From: a virus | Taxonomy: Duplodnaviria; Caudoviricetes | DNA: 64,000 nucleotides | Strand: one strand, 5' to 3' | IMG/VR virus record: IMGVR_UViG_3300028283_000231 | Part shown: positions 11,509 through 22,456 of the stretch, piece by piece | Position numbering within the stretch: position 1 is the first letter of the stretch | Layout: the number at the start of each line of letters is the position of its first letter | Position numbers and translations under genes: made by a program | Notes under the pieces: generated by a model | The model's database searches: none | Told to the model about the DNA's origin: nothing | The model's input: only the letters and a program-made list of their open reading frames with translations

Positions 11509-11544
11509 TTTTATCCATTTAGAATAAAAAAGTAAAAATAATTG

Positions 11545-14500
11545 TTAGTATTTTATTATATAAAATCTTCCATCCGCTATTATATAATAACCATAATTAT
11601 CAGTCACGTATCTATAATTTACACCAGAGAAATTATTATTAATCAATATGAAATTCCTACCTTCATTGTAATTAAACAACTTGTTATTAGTATAACCTAA
11701 ACCAAACTCGTTAAACGATTGAGTTTCAATATACATATAAGGATCAATATTCATATCTACGTTAAAACTATAAGATAACATATCAGTCTTATATAAATCA
11801 ATATATTGCACTGGTTCCAACTCTTGTGTAGATTCATTTAAATGGAAAGTCTTAATCTTTGCTGTCCAAGATTCTGGCATTGTTGACCCACTTGTTAGAT
11901 AGAAATTAATAGTAAATAAATAATTACTGTCTATATTCAATGTCTGTATGTAATCAAAATTAATAACTGTATTTTCTTGATTAACAACAATCTTCTTAGC
12001 GTAATTGGCTGCGTTATAATTAACGTACATTGAAGTACCAGCGTAAGCTAAACCTGTTATATCTAAAATATTGGCAGATAACGGTATAATGTGTTTTCTT
12101 AACCAATATACCATTTTAGTCAATTTTATTTGAACTTCCGCCAAAGAATACATATCAATATAATTTCCATCAAAATCAGTAATCTTGTAAGTTAAGTTAA
12201 ATAAATTAGTCTTTAGATAATTAACGTTATCAAACTCTGGCTCACTCCATCCTGGTATTTCGTTTACAAAAATATCCTGTATGAGAACTCTTTGTAATTT
12301 ACCGTAAAGAGGTGAAGCTGGTTTAATACATCTATAATATTCGTACAGATCTAAATCGTTATAACCAAAGAAATTAATAGAGTTGATAAGAGCCTTGTAA
12401 GATCCTATGAAATTATAAATCTCTGGATACATTGATAATAACTCTTTTCTTTTTCTGTTTAAAATAGTATAATCAATGCCTACTTCGTTAATATCAGATT
12501 CTTTGAATATAGGTTGAACGTCAGTATCAATGTTAGCACCAAGAAGTTTTAAATGTTGCACAAATCTATCGTCTTCTATTTCAGTTTGTCCGTATAAGTT
12601 TATTGTTGCAATTCTATCTGGTTCTGTTTTAATTGTGAAATCATATGTTTTACCACTGGCTGAACTATCAAAAGGTAATAATATATCAGATACAGTTATT
12701 CTATTATTTGTAACATCAGTAACTACGTAAGTACCGTAATTACCAAATATAGTATGACCAGTAACGGTGTTCTCTGAGAAATTAAGTGATATATGTTGAT
12801 GTGTTGCAAATCCTAAATTTGAAAAATTAAAATAAGTATCAGATGTAATATAATCAATATAAGATACCATATCTGATGTATCACCTGTGGTTATAGTAAA
12901 ATTATTTATAAGAGTTGTAGTGCCAGTGACGTTGCTTGTAGTTCCTGAAAATACTATATTTTCAATTTTTTCAAGTATTAAATTATTTTGGGTCACTCCT
13001 TCTAGTTTTGAGTTGAAACCAATAAATACCTGTAAAGGAACTGGAACGTAATTATAATTAACTGATGAATTAAGACGTTCTAGTGTATATGTTAAACTAT
13101 CAAATACAGTTTGTTGAAACTCTGGATCACTAACTCTATCTATATTAGTATTTGGATCAGTATTTAAGAAAACAAGATTATTAGTTGTACTGTTCCATAA
13201 AGGTTTTTGTCCTTGATAAGTTAATTCTCCATTTGGTTGTAATTGTGTGCCAGAATAGTCGTAATAGAATATATCTGGTGATACCTGTGGTGTGTTACCT
13301 TCGATCGGATCCCAAGAGAATTTATAATAAACATCCCTGTCGTAATATCCACGAGGGGATCTTAAGAAACTACTTATTGAAACTGTTAAATTACTAGCGT
13401 ACTCGTAAAAGAAAGGTCCTTGATAAGATAATTGAATTATATCAGGAGTTATCCTTAATATGTTAAACTGTTTATTATTCAAAGTGTGTGTACATCCACA
13501 TATATCAATAATCATACCCGTCGCCAACTCGTAATTGTAAAGACTGTTATTAGTATTAACAAGATATAATTCACTACTGTCTATTACAATAGAATGGTTA
13601 TTAATTCTTTGTATAAAGGCGTAATGTGAATATGAATTAATTTTCACCTCAACGTCGTAAAGGGTTATATTTGGTTGTTGTCCCTCTATAAACATAGTAT
13701 AACCAGTATGACCCCCACTATATGTATAACCACTATAAACACTAATTCCTTTATTATCAAGTATTTGATAATATTTATTAATAAAACTATTAATCGTGTT
13801 TAAAGTAAAATTAGATTTATTGTTAATTGACCATGTGCAATAATTTCCAATGCCTGTACTGACTAAAGATGATATAACGAAAGCTCCGCTATTAAAATCA
13901 TAAGATATAACAGTTGCTGTGAACTTATTATAAGTATCATGTACCACGTCAATTTCTTGCCCTGATACATAAGATAAAGATGTTCCACCTGTTAGATATA
14001 TCGTTGTACCACTTGTTGTTGGTATATTTATACAGGTATTAGATGTTGTTGTGTTGTAGCTCAGAGGTATATAATAATCTATACCGTTAAGATTGATATT
14101 AAAACCGTAACCACTTGAATCTCTTTGTATATCAAAATATATTTCAGTTAAGAAATTTTTGGCTAGTTTTGCGTCTTCGTAGTGGAAGACTTTTTCATAG
14201 GCTTTAAATTTCTCGTACATACTGAAATAGAATACATCAGAGTCTTGTACAGTTGAAGCTGTTGTTAAATAAGTGAATCCTGTGGCAACTGGTAAATATG
14301 TTGAGCCGATATTTGCTGTAGCTCCACTATAATAAGGTTGATAATTATAATCAAGTCCGTCAAAAACTAAATAGTTATCGTTACCGTAATGATAATGATA
14401 AAGATTTAAACCATATCTATCTAAAAGAGTTCTGTATTTATTTCTCATTGAAGATATAGTGTTCTCGTAGAAATAAGTAGATGTGCCAGAAGGCACAATG

Positions 14501-15834
14501 TCTTGTGTTAATGTTATGAGGTTACTTGTTGAGTAACAGACTGTATAACCACTAAATGTAGTTGGAGGAAGTACTGCAGATTGTTGGCAGTATAGTTTCC
14601 TTATTTTCTTTTTATTAATAACTTTATTTATAGTGTAGGTATAACCAGTTTCAGGAATAATATATTCCCTAACTTGTATTTTATTATCAGTTACGTTTAA
14701 AACCTGAAATTGACGTTTATCATGCAAAGTTCCTCCTGTAACATAAGGTGTAGCTAGTACTTCAATATAATCGTTATAAGTTAATCCAGTATATGTTATC
14801 GCAGAACATGTTTGTATGGTATTTATATCTTGATTTAAATAAAAATTAACAGTATCTACTGCAACTAGTTCTCTATCAATGAATCCTGTAATAGTAAAGG
14901 TTGGATCGTTAGCGTCGATTGGGCTACCGTCTGCTTTTTCGAATATAATAGTTTGACCAGTTGAAACAAAATCAATATTTGTATTGATATAATTATAAAA
15001 TTCAATTATGGTACCAGTTGGAGTATAATCTGTATATGTTATTTTAATGTCGCCTTCGTAAAGCTCTGGTCTTTGGGTCATTAAAAGAAAATCTAATTCT
15101 ATTGTTGATCCAGTGACGTAAGTTGGGTTTTGTGGCAACGTAAAGTCGTAGACTTTTGTTTTCAATATATTATAATCGTCGTAAGTATAGACCCCGTCGT
15201 TATATGAACTACCAGCCACGCTAACTTTTTTACCTCTATAATAGTTTAGGTTATTCATATCCACCAGTCCTTGGTGTCCGTAGTCTGGTGATTTAAAAAC
15301 ATTCACAGAAGAAACTGTACCTCCAGAAAAAACAAAATTAAAATCTCTGTTATTAGTATAAGTAGTTATAAGAAAAGCACCTTTTTTAGTACCAAGCACG
15401 TTGTAGTAGGTAGTGCCGCTACCGTGAAAATTATTAAGATTTATATTTGTTGAACCTGTAATATCGTTAAAACAAACTGATGTACCAACTGGAAATTTTC
15501 TATCAAAATTATCACCGTAAATCCATTTAGAATAAAAAAGTGGACTACTATTAACCTTTTGTATATTTGTAATTGTCTGACCTGTATATGTTTGAGGAAC
15601 GAAAGTTATACCGCTATAATTAAAGAGTTGGGACGCTCTAAGGTCGAATATATCTGTAAAGCTGTAGGCTGGTACGTTTTCGAATACGTATAAGCAAACT
15701 GTTCTAAATGTGTCGCTAGAGTTTTCGTCGAAATAAAGTTTTCCTCCCCATTCGTCGTTTGTTGCGTTATATGTTAAATTATATGGATAACCTTCTTTAT
15801 CGAAGAATAAAAGTTTATTAGTTGGTGTGCTCAA
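11545..15834 (-). CDS. Large structural protein (baseplate/tail-associated)
   Basis: 1429 aa, T/S/Y/N-rich beta-type composition, next to fibre-like genes. Confidence 0.55.
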   Translation of the reverse strand: MSTPTNKLLFFDKEGYPYNLTYNATNDEWGGKLYFDENSSDTFRTVCLYVFENVPAYSFTDIFDLRASQLFNYSGITFVPQTYTGQTITNIQKVNSSPLFYSKWIYGDNFDRKFPVGTSVCFNDITGSTNINLNNFHGSGTTYYNVLGTKKGAFLITTYTNNRDFNFVFSGGTVSSVNVFKSPDYGHQGLVDMNNLNYYRGKKVSVAGSSYNDGVYTYDDYNILKTKVYDFTLPQNPTYVTGSTIELDFLLMTQRPELYEGDIKITYTDYTPTGTIIEFYNYINTNIDFVSTGQTIIFEKADGSPIDANDPTFTITGFIDRELVAVDTVNFYLNQDINTIQTCSAITYTGLTYNDYIEVLATPYVTGGTLHDKRQFQVLNVTDNKIQVREYIIPETGYTYTINKVINKKKIRKLYCQQSAVLPPTTFSGYTVCYSTSNLITLTQDIVPSGTSTYFYENTISSMRNKYRTLLDRYGLNLYHYHYGNDNYLVFDGLDYNYQPYYSGATANIGSTYLPVATGFTYLTTASTVQDSDVFYFSMYEKFKAYEKVFHYEDAKLAKNFLTEIYFDIQRDSSGYGFNINLNGIDYYIPLSYNTTTSNTCINIPTTSGTTIYLTGGTSLSYVSGQEIDVVHDTYNKFTATVISYDFNSGAFVISSLVSTGIGNYCTWSINNKSNFTLNTINSFINKYYQILDNKGISVYSGYTYSGGHTGYTMFIEGQQPNITLYDVEVKINSYSHYAFIQRINNHSIVIDSSELYLVNTNNSLYNYELATGMIIDICGCTHTLNNKQFNILRITPDIIQLSYQGPFFYEYASNLTVSISSFLRSPRGYYDRDVYYKFSWDPIEGNTPQVSPDIFYYDYSGTQLQPNGELTYQGQKPLWNSTTNNLVFLNTDPNTNIDRVSDPEFQQTVFDSLTYTLERLNSSVNYNYVPVPLQVFIGFNSKLEGVTQNNLILEKIENIVFSGTTSNVTGTTTLINNFTITTGDTSDMVSYIDYITSDTYFNFSNLGFATHQHISLNFSENTVTGHTIFGNYGTYVVTDVTNNRITVSDILLPFDSSASGKTYDFTIKTEPDRIATINLYGQTEIEDDRFVQHLKLLGANIDTDVQPIFKESDINEVGIDYTILNRKRKELLSMYPEIYNFIGSYKALINSINFFGYNDLDLYEYYRCIKPASPLYGKLQRVLIQDIFVNEIPGWSEPEFDNVNYLKTNLFNLTYKITDFDGNYIDMYSLAEVQIKLTKMVYWLRKHIIPLSANILDITGLAYAGTSMYVNYNAANYAKKIVVNQENTVINFDYIQTLNIDSNYLFTINFYLTSGSTMPESWTAKIKTFHLNESTQELEPVQYIDLYKTDMLSYSFNVDMNIDPYMYIETQSFNEFGLGYTNNKLFNYNEGRNFILINNNFSGVNYRYVTDNYGYYIIADGRFYIIKY

Positions 15835-15880
15835 TTCTTATTTCTTTTTATTTTTATATATTAAATAAGCGGTGTTCAAG

Positions 15881-16597
15881 TTATAATATTTGATTACACT
15901 CCACTAATAAACCGTAAACGTAAACAAACTCCCATGTTCCATCTGCTACCTGAGCAATACTTGGAGATAATAAAGCGTCCATTATAAATGTACCTGTCCA
16001 ACCATATGTCCCTTCACCGCTACTACCACTTGTTCCAGTTCCTCCCCCACTTGTGCCACTGACTGTACTCACACCACTTGTTCCATATGGTCCTGTGTAA
16101 CCACAATCCCCAGATGTACCACTTGTACCGGGCATACCTCTTACACCACTTGATCCTGTTGTACCACTAGTTCCAGTAGTTCCAGCAGTTCCACTAAAAA
16201 CACCACTAGTTCCAGATTCACCTGTTGTTCCTGATGTACCGTTTGTTCCTGACACACCAGCTGTCCCATCCTTTCCACTTGTGCCGCTACTACCTGATCT
16301 ATTACTTGTACCGTCTTTTCCACTACTACCACTATTATTAGATGGTGATATTCCACTTGATCCACTTAGTCCTGCTGTTCCTGATGAACCAGATACTCCA
16401 CTATACCCGCTTGTTCCTGAATCCCCTGTTGCTCCTTTACTACCTATTCCTGAAGTGCCAGTAAATGTAATATCAGTAGTTCCAGACGCGGTTAAAAATG
16501 GGGTTCCGCCAGAATTACTATAACCTAATAATATCCAACCTTCTCTTGGCGGATCTTGTTCGTTAAAATCAACTATTTCTAAATTTAAGATACTCAT
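15881..16597 (-). CDS. Collagen-like (Gly-Thr/Ser-Ser) repeat fibre protein
   Basis: Long G-X-Y run with X/Y mostly T/S; N-terminus paralogous to 16612..17361. Confidence 0.7.
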   Translation of the reverse strand: MSILNLEIVDFNEQDPPREGWILLGYSNSGGTPFLTASGTTDITFTGTSGIGSKGATGDSGTSGYSGVSGSSGTAGLSGSSGISPSNNSGSSGKDGTSNRSGSSGTSGKDGTAGVSGTNGTSGTTGESGTSGVFSGTAGTTGTSGTTGSSGVRGMPGTSGTSGDCGYTGPYGTSGVSTVSGTSGGGTGTSGSSGEGTYGWTGTFIMDALLSPSIAQVADGTWEFVYVYGLLVECNQIL

Positions 16598-16611
16598 TAA
16601 ATATTATTATT

Positions 16612-17361
16612 TTAAGTTACTTGCACTAATAAACCGTTATTAAATTTGAAATTCCAAATTTTTGATCCTGGACTAGGTACACCAGACGTTACATTTGCTG
16701 TCCACTCACCAACCCCACTAAATAAGAAAGGATTTGGTACATATCCACTACTACCACTTGTTCCTGATATACCACTAGTACCACTTGTTCCAGTTCCACT
16801 CGTGCCTGAAGTTCCATCTGCGCCTGATGTTCCACTTGTACCAGTTGTTCCGCTTGTTCCTGTTATACCACTTGTTCCACTTGTTCCACTTGTTCCACTT
16901 GTTCCACTAGTACCCATTCCCGTCGCACTAACACCAGATGTACCAGAAGTTCCAGAAGTTCCAGATGTACCAGAAGTTCCAGAAGATCCACCTAACCCAC
17001 TTGTACCACTACTACCACTAACACCACCTGTACCGTCAATACCACTCGAACCACTTGTAGATGAAGGTGATATACCACTTGTTCCGCTAATACCAGATGT
17101 TCCAGATATTCCGCTGCTACCCCCTTTTCCACTAGTTCCTGCTGATCCAGCGTTTCCTGTTGGTCCTGTTACTCCTGAAATTGGATAAGATATATTTCCA
17201 AATTCATCTTTTTGGGTTAGATATGATGTACCGCTCACATCACTATAACCAAGTAATACCCATCCTTCTCTTGGGTTTTCAACGTTGTTGAAATCTTGTA
17301 CTTGTAATTTTAAGATACTCATGGTAAGTGTTTTCTTTTTCTCTATATATAAATAATTCAA
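16612..17361 (-). CDS. Collagen-like (GTS)n repeat fibre protein
   Basis: MSILKLQVQDFNNVENPREGWVLLGYS matches the neighbour; 9-nt tandem repeats encode GTS. Confidence 0.7.
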   Translation of the reverse strand: MNYLYIEKKKTLTMSILKLQVQDFNNVENPREGWVLLGYSDVSGTSYLTQKDEFGNISYPISGVTGPTGNAGSAGTSGKGGSSGISGTSGISGTSGISPSSTSGSSGIDGTGGVSGSSGTSGLGGSSGTSGTSGTSGTSGTSGVSATGMGTSGTSGTSGTSGTSGITGTSGTTGTSGTSGADGTSGTSGTGTSGTSGISGTSGSSGYVPNPFLFSGVGEWTANVTSGVPSPGSKIWNFKFNNGLLVQVT

Positions 17362-17442
17362 ATTAGAAAACTAAATGAAAATAATAAATGGGAATAACAA
17401 TTCAGGCCTCGCATTATTTTATATATACGAATAAAAAATATT

Positions 17443-18228
17443 ATGGAAACAACCAATATTTATGTTCTAAAAGACCCAAGAACTAATGAAGTTAGATATA
17501 TTGGAAAAGCCAATAATCCTGTTGAGAGATATAGAAATCATAACAATAAAGGAAGGGATAAAAATACACATAAAAGGAATTGGATCAATGAGTTGTGGAA
17601 GAATAAATTGAAACCGATATTAGAAATAATAGATACTGTTCCAATAGATAAGTGGAAAGAATATGAAAAATTCTATATTAAAAAATATATAAACGATGGA
17701 TGTGATCTCGTTAATTATACTGACGGTGGTGATGGTGCTACTTTTGCAAATGCTACTTCATTTAAACCAGGTAACGGTGCTAGAAAAGTGGTGATGTTGG
17801 ATAAAAATGGTACATATTTAAGAACATTTGATATGATAAAAGATGCTGAAGAATTTGTAGATATAAAGACAAATGGAGTAATGCAAGTTTTAATAAAAAG
17901 AAATAAAACTTGTAAAGGATTTCTTTTTATATATGAAGATGAATATAAAAATATGACTAGTGATGATGTTAATAAAATAGTAAAAGATGCAGTTTATATT
18001 CCAAAAGCAAATAATGGTAGTTTTAAAAAAGGAGACAAACCAAAAAATATTAAAAAGACATATCAATTTGATAAAAAAGGTAATTTTATAAAAGAATGGG
18101 ATTCAGCAGCAGAAGCTCAAAGAGAATTAAAATTAAAAGGTGGTGTAATTAATTGTGCTATAGGAACAGCGAAATCAGCAGGTGGATATTTCTGGTCTTA
18201 TGATATAACAAAAAATAAATATAACTAA
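17443..18228 (+). CDS. GIY-YIG homing endonuclease with NUMOD1 repeats
   Basis: NIYVLKDP..VRYIGKAN; two QFDKKG..IKEW.S..EA-type modules. Confidence 0.88.
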   Translation: METTNIYVLKDPRTNEVRYIGKANNPVERYRNHNNKGRDKNTHKRNWINELWKNKLKPILEIIDTVPIDKWKEYEKFYIKKYINDGCDLVNYTDGGDGATFANATSFKPGNGARKVVMLDKNGTYLRTFDMIKDAEEFVDIKTNGVMQVLIKRNKTCKGFLFIYEDEYKNMTSDDVNKIVKDAVYIPKANNGSFKKGDKPKNIKKTYQFDKKGNFIKEWDSAAEAQRELKLKGGVINCAIGTAKSAGGYFWSYDITKNKYN

Positions 18229-18230
18229 TT

Positions 18231-18878
18231 GTGTTACTGATACTTATAAACGGAGCGAATAATAGTGGTAAAGATCAATTTGTAGAGTTCTTCGCTAAAC
18301 ATTATAAATTTAAGACTGTGAACTTATCTACGATAGATAGAGTTAAAGAATTATCCGAACAATATTTCGGTTGGAATGGTAAAAAAACGGAAGAAGCTAG
18401 GAAATTTCTAGCTGAAATGAAAAGGATATGGGCTGAGTTTAATAACGGTCCTTTTTTATATACTGTTAAGAAAATTAAATCCCATTTATCTAAATTGAAC
18501 AAAAAGAATAAAGATAATATCGTTTATTTTGTTCATTGTAGAGAGCCCGAGGAAATACAAAAATTTAAAGATAAATACAAGGATAAATGTTTGGCTATAC
18601 TTCTTGAAAGAAAAGAAAGACCAGAATCAAAAAAAATAGCAAATAATCACGCTGATATGGGTGTGGATAATTATAATTACGACGTGATTATATCAAACAA
18701 CGGTAGTAAAATTGATCTAGAATTAGAGTCTATAAAATTCATCGAAGAAATTAAAAACAAATCATATCCTAAAGAATATATTAGTAGAAGAAGTATAGGT
18801 AAAATTGTTGATGGTTTGGTCACAGAAGAAACATGGATAGAAGATAGTCCTATAACAATAACAAAAAATAAAACTTAA
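18231..18878 (+). CDS. P-loop dNMP-kinase-like protein
   Basis: ILINGANNSGKD Walker A; VHCREPEE; DYNYDVIISNNG. Confidence 0.6.
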   Translation: MLLILINGANNSGKDQFVEFFAKHYKFKTVNLSTIDRVKELSEQYFGWNGKKTEEARKFLAEMKRIWAEFNNGPFLYTVKKIKSHLSKLNKKNKDNIVYFVHCREPEEIQKFKDKYKDKCLAILLERKERPESKKIANNHADMGVDNYNYDVIISNNGSKIDLELESIKFIEEIKNKSYPKEYISRRSIGKIVDGLVTEETWIEDSPITITKNKT

Positions 18879-19846
18879 AATTATGCCAAAGTCGAAATTA
18901 AGAAAAGACCATAAGAAGAAAGCAAACGCTTTCAAGAAGAGAGTAGAAGACAGAAAGAAATCATTTGAAAAACAAATGCGTTCACTATACGAAAGACAAC
19001 AACAAGAAAATCTTGAAAAACAAATGGCTGCTGGCGATGTTTCCACACAAGAAATTGAAGGACTCAACGTTGAAGACTTTAAGATGGACACAGAAGAAAT
19101 ACCAACAATGGGTAATTTTGGTTTACCAACGGAAGAAGCCATGCCAGTTATAGTAGAAGGTGTAACAAGTCCAGATCAATTATGAGCCAGTTTTCAGAAT
19201 ATTTCGGTTTAAGTAAAAACAAACTATCACCAGACCAACAAAGTAATATTGGTAAATATATATTTTTAGGAGTGGTGATATTTTGTATTTTATTCTTCCT
19301 ATTTACTGTAATAGGTGCAATATTCTTCCAAGAAGAGATATCTAAATTTATATTCGTATGATAGATAGCCCCTGTAAACATATATGCGTTCTGGAAGAAG
19401 GTGTATGTATTGGTTGTTATAGAACCAAAGAAGAAATTTCTAAATGGAGTAAAATGACTGACGAAGAAAAACAAAAAGTGTTAAATAGAATTAAAAAGGA
19501 GGAATAAATATGTTTCAGACACAATCAGATTATAATAATATTAAAATAAACGAAGAGTTGATCAAGACATTAGATAAAGATAAACAATATCTACTTAAAC
19601 AAATGTATAGTATCACAGAAGCTGAATCGCCCGGTGATATGTACGATATTGCAGTAGAATCACTTAAACATTTTAAATTAAAAGAAGCACCACAAAATGA
19701 GTACTAAATTACCAGAAGGTTGGTTAGATTGGAACACTTTAACTCTTGATCAAATGGTAGAATATTTGGAAGAGAAATACAGGTTTTCTAGTAGTGGTGA
19801 GGCTTTATGTATTTTTCGGTTGATAGAATTTTACGAAAAGAATAAA

Positions 19847-19873
19847 AAAACCCAGTCTAAATGACTGGGTTTT
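19847..19873. terminator. Bidirectional intrinsic terminator
   Basis: aaaacccagtc-taaat-gactgggtttt between convergent genes. Confidence 0.8.
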
Positions 19874-19876
19874 CTT

Positions 19877-20392
19877 TTATACACAACTTAATGCGTTCAC
19901 TTTTTTACTTCTGATTTGTTTTCTCAAATCTATACCTTTCATATTATTAATATTTAAGGTACTAGATCCGTTTTTTACACTCATCAAAGACACTGGGTTA
20001 GTAGTGCCTAAACCTATTGAGGTACTATAAGAACCTGACGATATCGTCATTGTGCTACCAGACCATCCGTTCCAAAGAGGTGATGAATAATCAAAATTTG
20101 TGGTGGTTGGTGGCGAGTGGGAACTATCCCAACTTTTCACATTTCCCCAGGCTATTCCACCTGTTCCGCTTGTACCACTTCTACCACTTATTCCTGACGA
20201 TCCACTTGTTCCTGAAATGCCTGATGTTCCGCTATATCCAGATACTCCTGATTTTCCTGTATGGCCTTGTGGGCCTTTCGGTCCAACATATCCTGCCATT
20301 CCGTCAGTACCAGATGTTACTGAACTACCATATGAACCAGACGTTCCTGATGTTCCGGACGTCCCAGATCTTCCTTGATTCCTACCAGCCAC
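19877..20392 (-). CDS. Small collagen-like GTS-repeat protein
   Basis: G-X-Y run with S/T. Confidence 0.6.
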   Translation of the reverse strand: MAGRNQGRSGTSGTSGTSGSYGSSVTSGTDGMAGYVGPKGPQGHTGKSGVSGYSGTSGISGTSGSSGISGRSGTSGTGGIAWGNVKSWDSSHSPPTTTNFDYSSPLWNGWSGSTMTISSGSYSTSIGLGTTNPVSLMSVKNGSSTLNINNMKGIDLRKQIRSKKVNALSCV

Positions 20393-21211
20393 GTGACCTG
20401 CTGTTCGGTATCTCTTGTATTTAAAAAGATCTTGGAGTTCCTTATGTCCCCATTTACTTAAAAAGGGCGCACTATAACGTCGATCTGGTCAAGTTGATCT
20501 TTGTACTCACCTTGTAGAAGTGAAACTGCCGTCATAAAGACTGCTTTTTCTTCTTTTGCCAACATACACTTTGGTCCGTCGACGATGGTTGATTTCTTAC
20601 CTTCTTTTTCTTGTAATTCATTTGGATGCCACACTACTGCATACTCAAATAATGTTGATTTTGTTGTTGCCATAATTTTAGTTATATTTTTTTGGTTAAT
20701 TTATTGCATTATTTTTGATATCGTGGGTCGTTTTCATATGTCTTGATATCTGATAATATCTCATCCATATTTCTTAAGCGACATTCAATATTTTCTTCTT
20801 TATATTCTGGGTGCTCAATTAATTGTTTACTCCAGAAATCGAAATATTTTCTAATGTTTTCTCTTCCTTTTTTAAAATATTTCTGTTTATTTGGATCTAT
20901 AAAATCATGTGGAAAATTATTATATTTATGACTATCAAAATAAACTCCGAACTCATTAGCTAGTTCTTCACCATCTTTAAAATCTCCAATTTTCTGATAA
21001 ACTCTTTTAGGTTTCAGAAAATCAACAAGATATGATGTGTTTTCTTTTTTAAGACATATGATGAAATTTTCACTACGATCAAGATCATATAAATCTGTGT
21101 AGAATCTATAAGTAAATCTAGCTTTGGGACCTTCTGGAAAATTACAATAACATCCACTAAAGGTATCTATATTGTTTTCAAGAAAATATTTCTTTAGTTT
21201 ATCTATTTTTT

Positions 21212-22447
21212 TCATCTTTTCCTTCTATTCTTTACTTTTTTCGATTTAAGTCCCACATTTATAGCTTTCATAACAATATCATCACGATACCATTTGTGGC
21301 TATTTTTCTCTTGCCACATCGCTTCTGATTGTGAACCTAAGTTTTTTATTGTATCATCTAAGATTAAATTGGGATTTGGTTTGACTGGACCGTCATTATA
21401 ATTCATTGAATTCTGTCTGTCGTAATTAGACATAGAAAATAATTCCTCGTATTTAGCGTGATATTCATCAGACATTCTATATGGTCCTGTGTTTCTCATA
21501 TATCCAAACTCAATTGGTTTATCGTCATCTGTTCCCTTTTCAGCAATAATTCTTTCGAAATTAGGAATCATATACCCATCCTCCACTATTGAGGAGAGCA
21601 AACCTGTTACAGTAACATAAGTTTTTTGGGTTGTTAATTCTTTTGCTTCAACTTGGGACAGATGAGCGTTCCAATAAGCTCCTTTATTAAAAAACTTTTT
21701 AATCCATCCGTCTATTCTATCACTACCATAACCAGCACTTGTCCATAAAATACTTCTCCAAAAAGCGTCATTCTTCCAATTATCAATTATACCCTGAACA
21801 GCTTCTTTAGCCCTTCCAATATAATCTTGTAAAGGAACCACTCTGTTAAACCTATCCAAAGCGTCTAACATTAACTCGTAATCAGCCTTCTTTCCAAGTA
21901 TCTTGATTTTATTATAATCACAGCCAATCCATTCATAAGTGTAGAAATTCGATACCATTTCTAAAAATGTTGTGGAAAAAGCAAATCTACTATCATCATC
22001 AGATGTTGTAAAGGCTGGAAGTATATCCCCTCTTTGTATATCCATAGGTACATTTTCCAGCACCAACTCAACAAACTGATCTATTGGCATGTGTATCAGT
22101 GAATTATTATGTCCTTCTATCGTTATTTTACCCTTCTTTTTGTAAGTAAAGTATTTTCTACACTCTTCGGGATTAGCATTCACTATTGATGATAATTCAC
22201 ATAATATAGTGTACCATATAAAATCGGGTTTTATAATAATACCGTAATCCATATTGTAAGCAATCTTTAAATAACTTACAAAATTATTATGAGGCACAAT
22301 ACCTTTAATATTATTATACACTATATTCTTGTGGTACAAATCTTTAGGACAACCTCTATGTTTTGTAAATATATCTATTGGGTTCAGTCCTTCCAGTACT
22401 ACCCTGAAATCTTTCAGAGGAGTATTCTTTACTAATATCTCTCTCAT
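21212..22447 (-). CDS. DUF4419-like hypothetical protein
   Basis: AYNMDYGIIIKPDFIWYTIL, FTTS, YFTY-like and IDGWI segments recalled from this family. Confidence 0.6.
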   Translation of the reverse strand: MREILVKNTPLKDFRVVLEGLNPIDIFTKHRGCPKDLYHKNIVYNNIKGIVPHNNFVSYLKIAYNMDYGIIIKPDFIWYTILCELSSIVNANPEECRKYFTYKKKGKITIEGHNNSLIHMPIDQFVELVLENVPMDIQRGDILPAFTTSDDDSRFAFSTTFLEMVSNFYTYEWIGCDYNKIKILGKKADYELMLDALDRFNRVVPLQDYIGRAKEAVQGIIDNWKNDAFWRSILWTSAGYGSDRIDGWIKKFFNKGAYWNAHLSQVEAKELTTQKTYVTVTGLLSSIVEDGYMIPNFERIIAEKGTDDDKPIEFGYMRNTGPYRMSDEYHAKYEELFSMSNYDRQNSMNYNDGPVKPNPNLILDDTIKNLGSQSEAMWQEKNSHKWYRDDIVMKAINVGLKSKKVKNRRKR

Positions 22448-22456
22448 TTTATTACC

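Noticed and set aside
16281-17188. Pro/Val/Leu-rich plus-strand ORFs (16281..16523, 16646..17188, also 20100..20378)
   Set aside because: Antisense shadows of GTS-repeat genes.
16000-17200. CRISPR array or DNA-level repeat element
   Set aside because: The 9-nt repeats are in-frame Gly-Thr-Ser codons with no unique spacers; no cas genes in the window.
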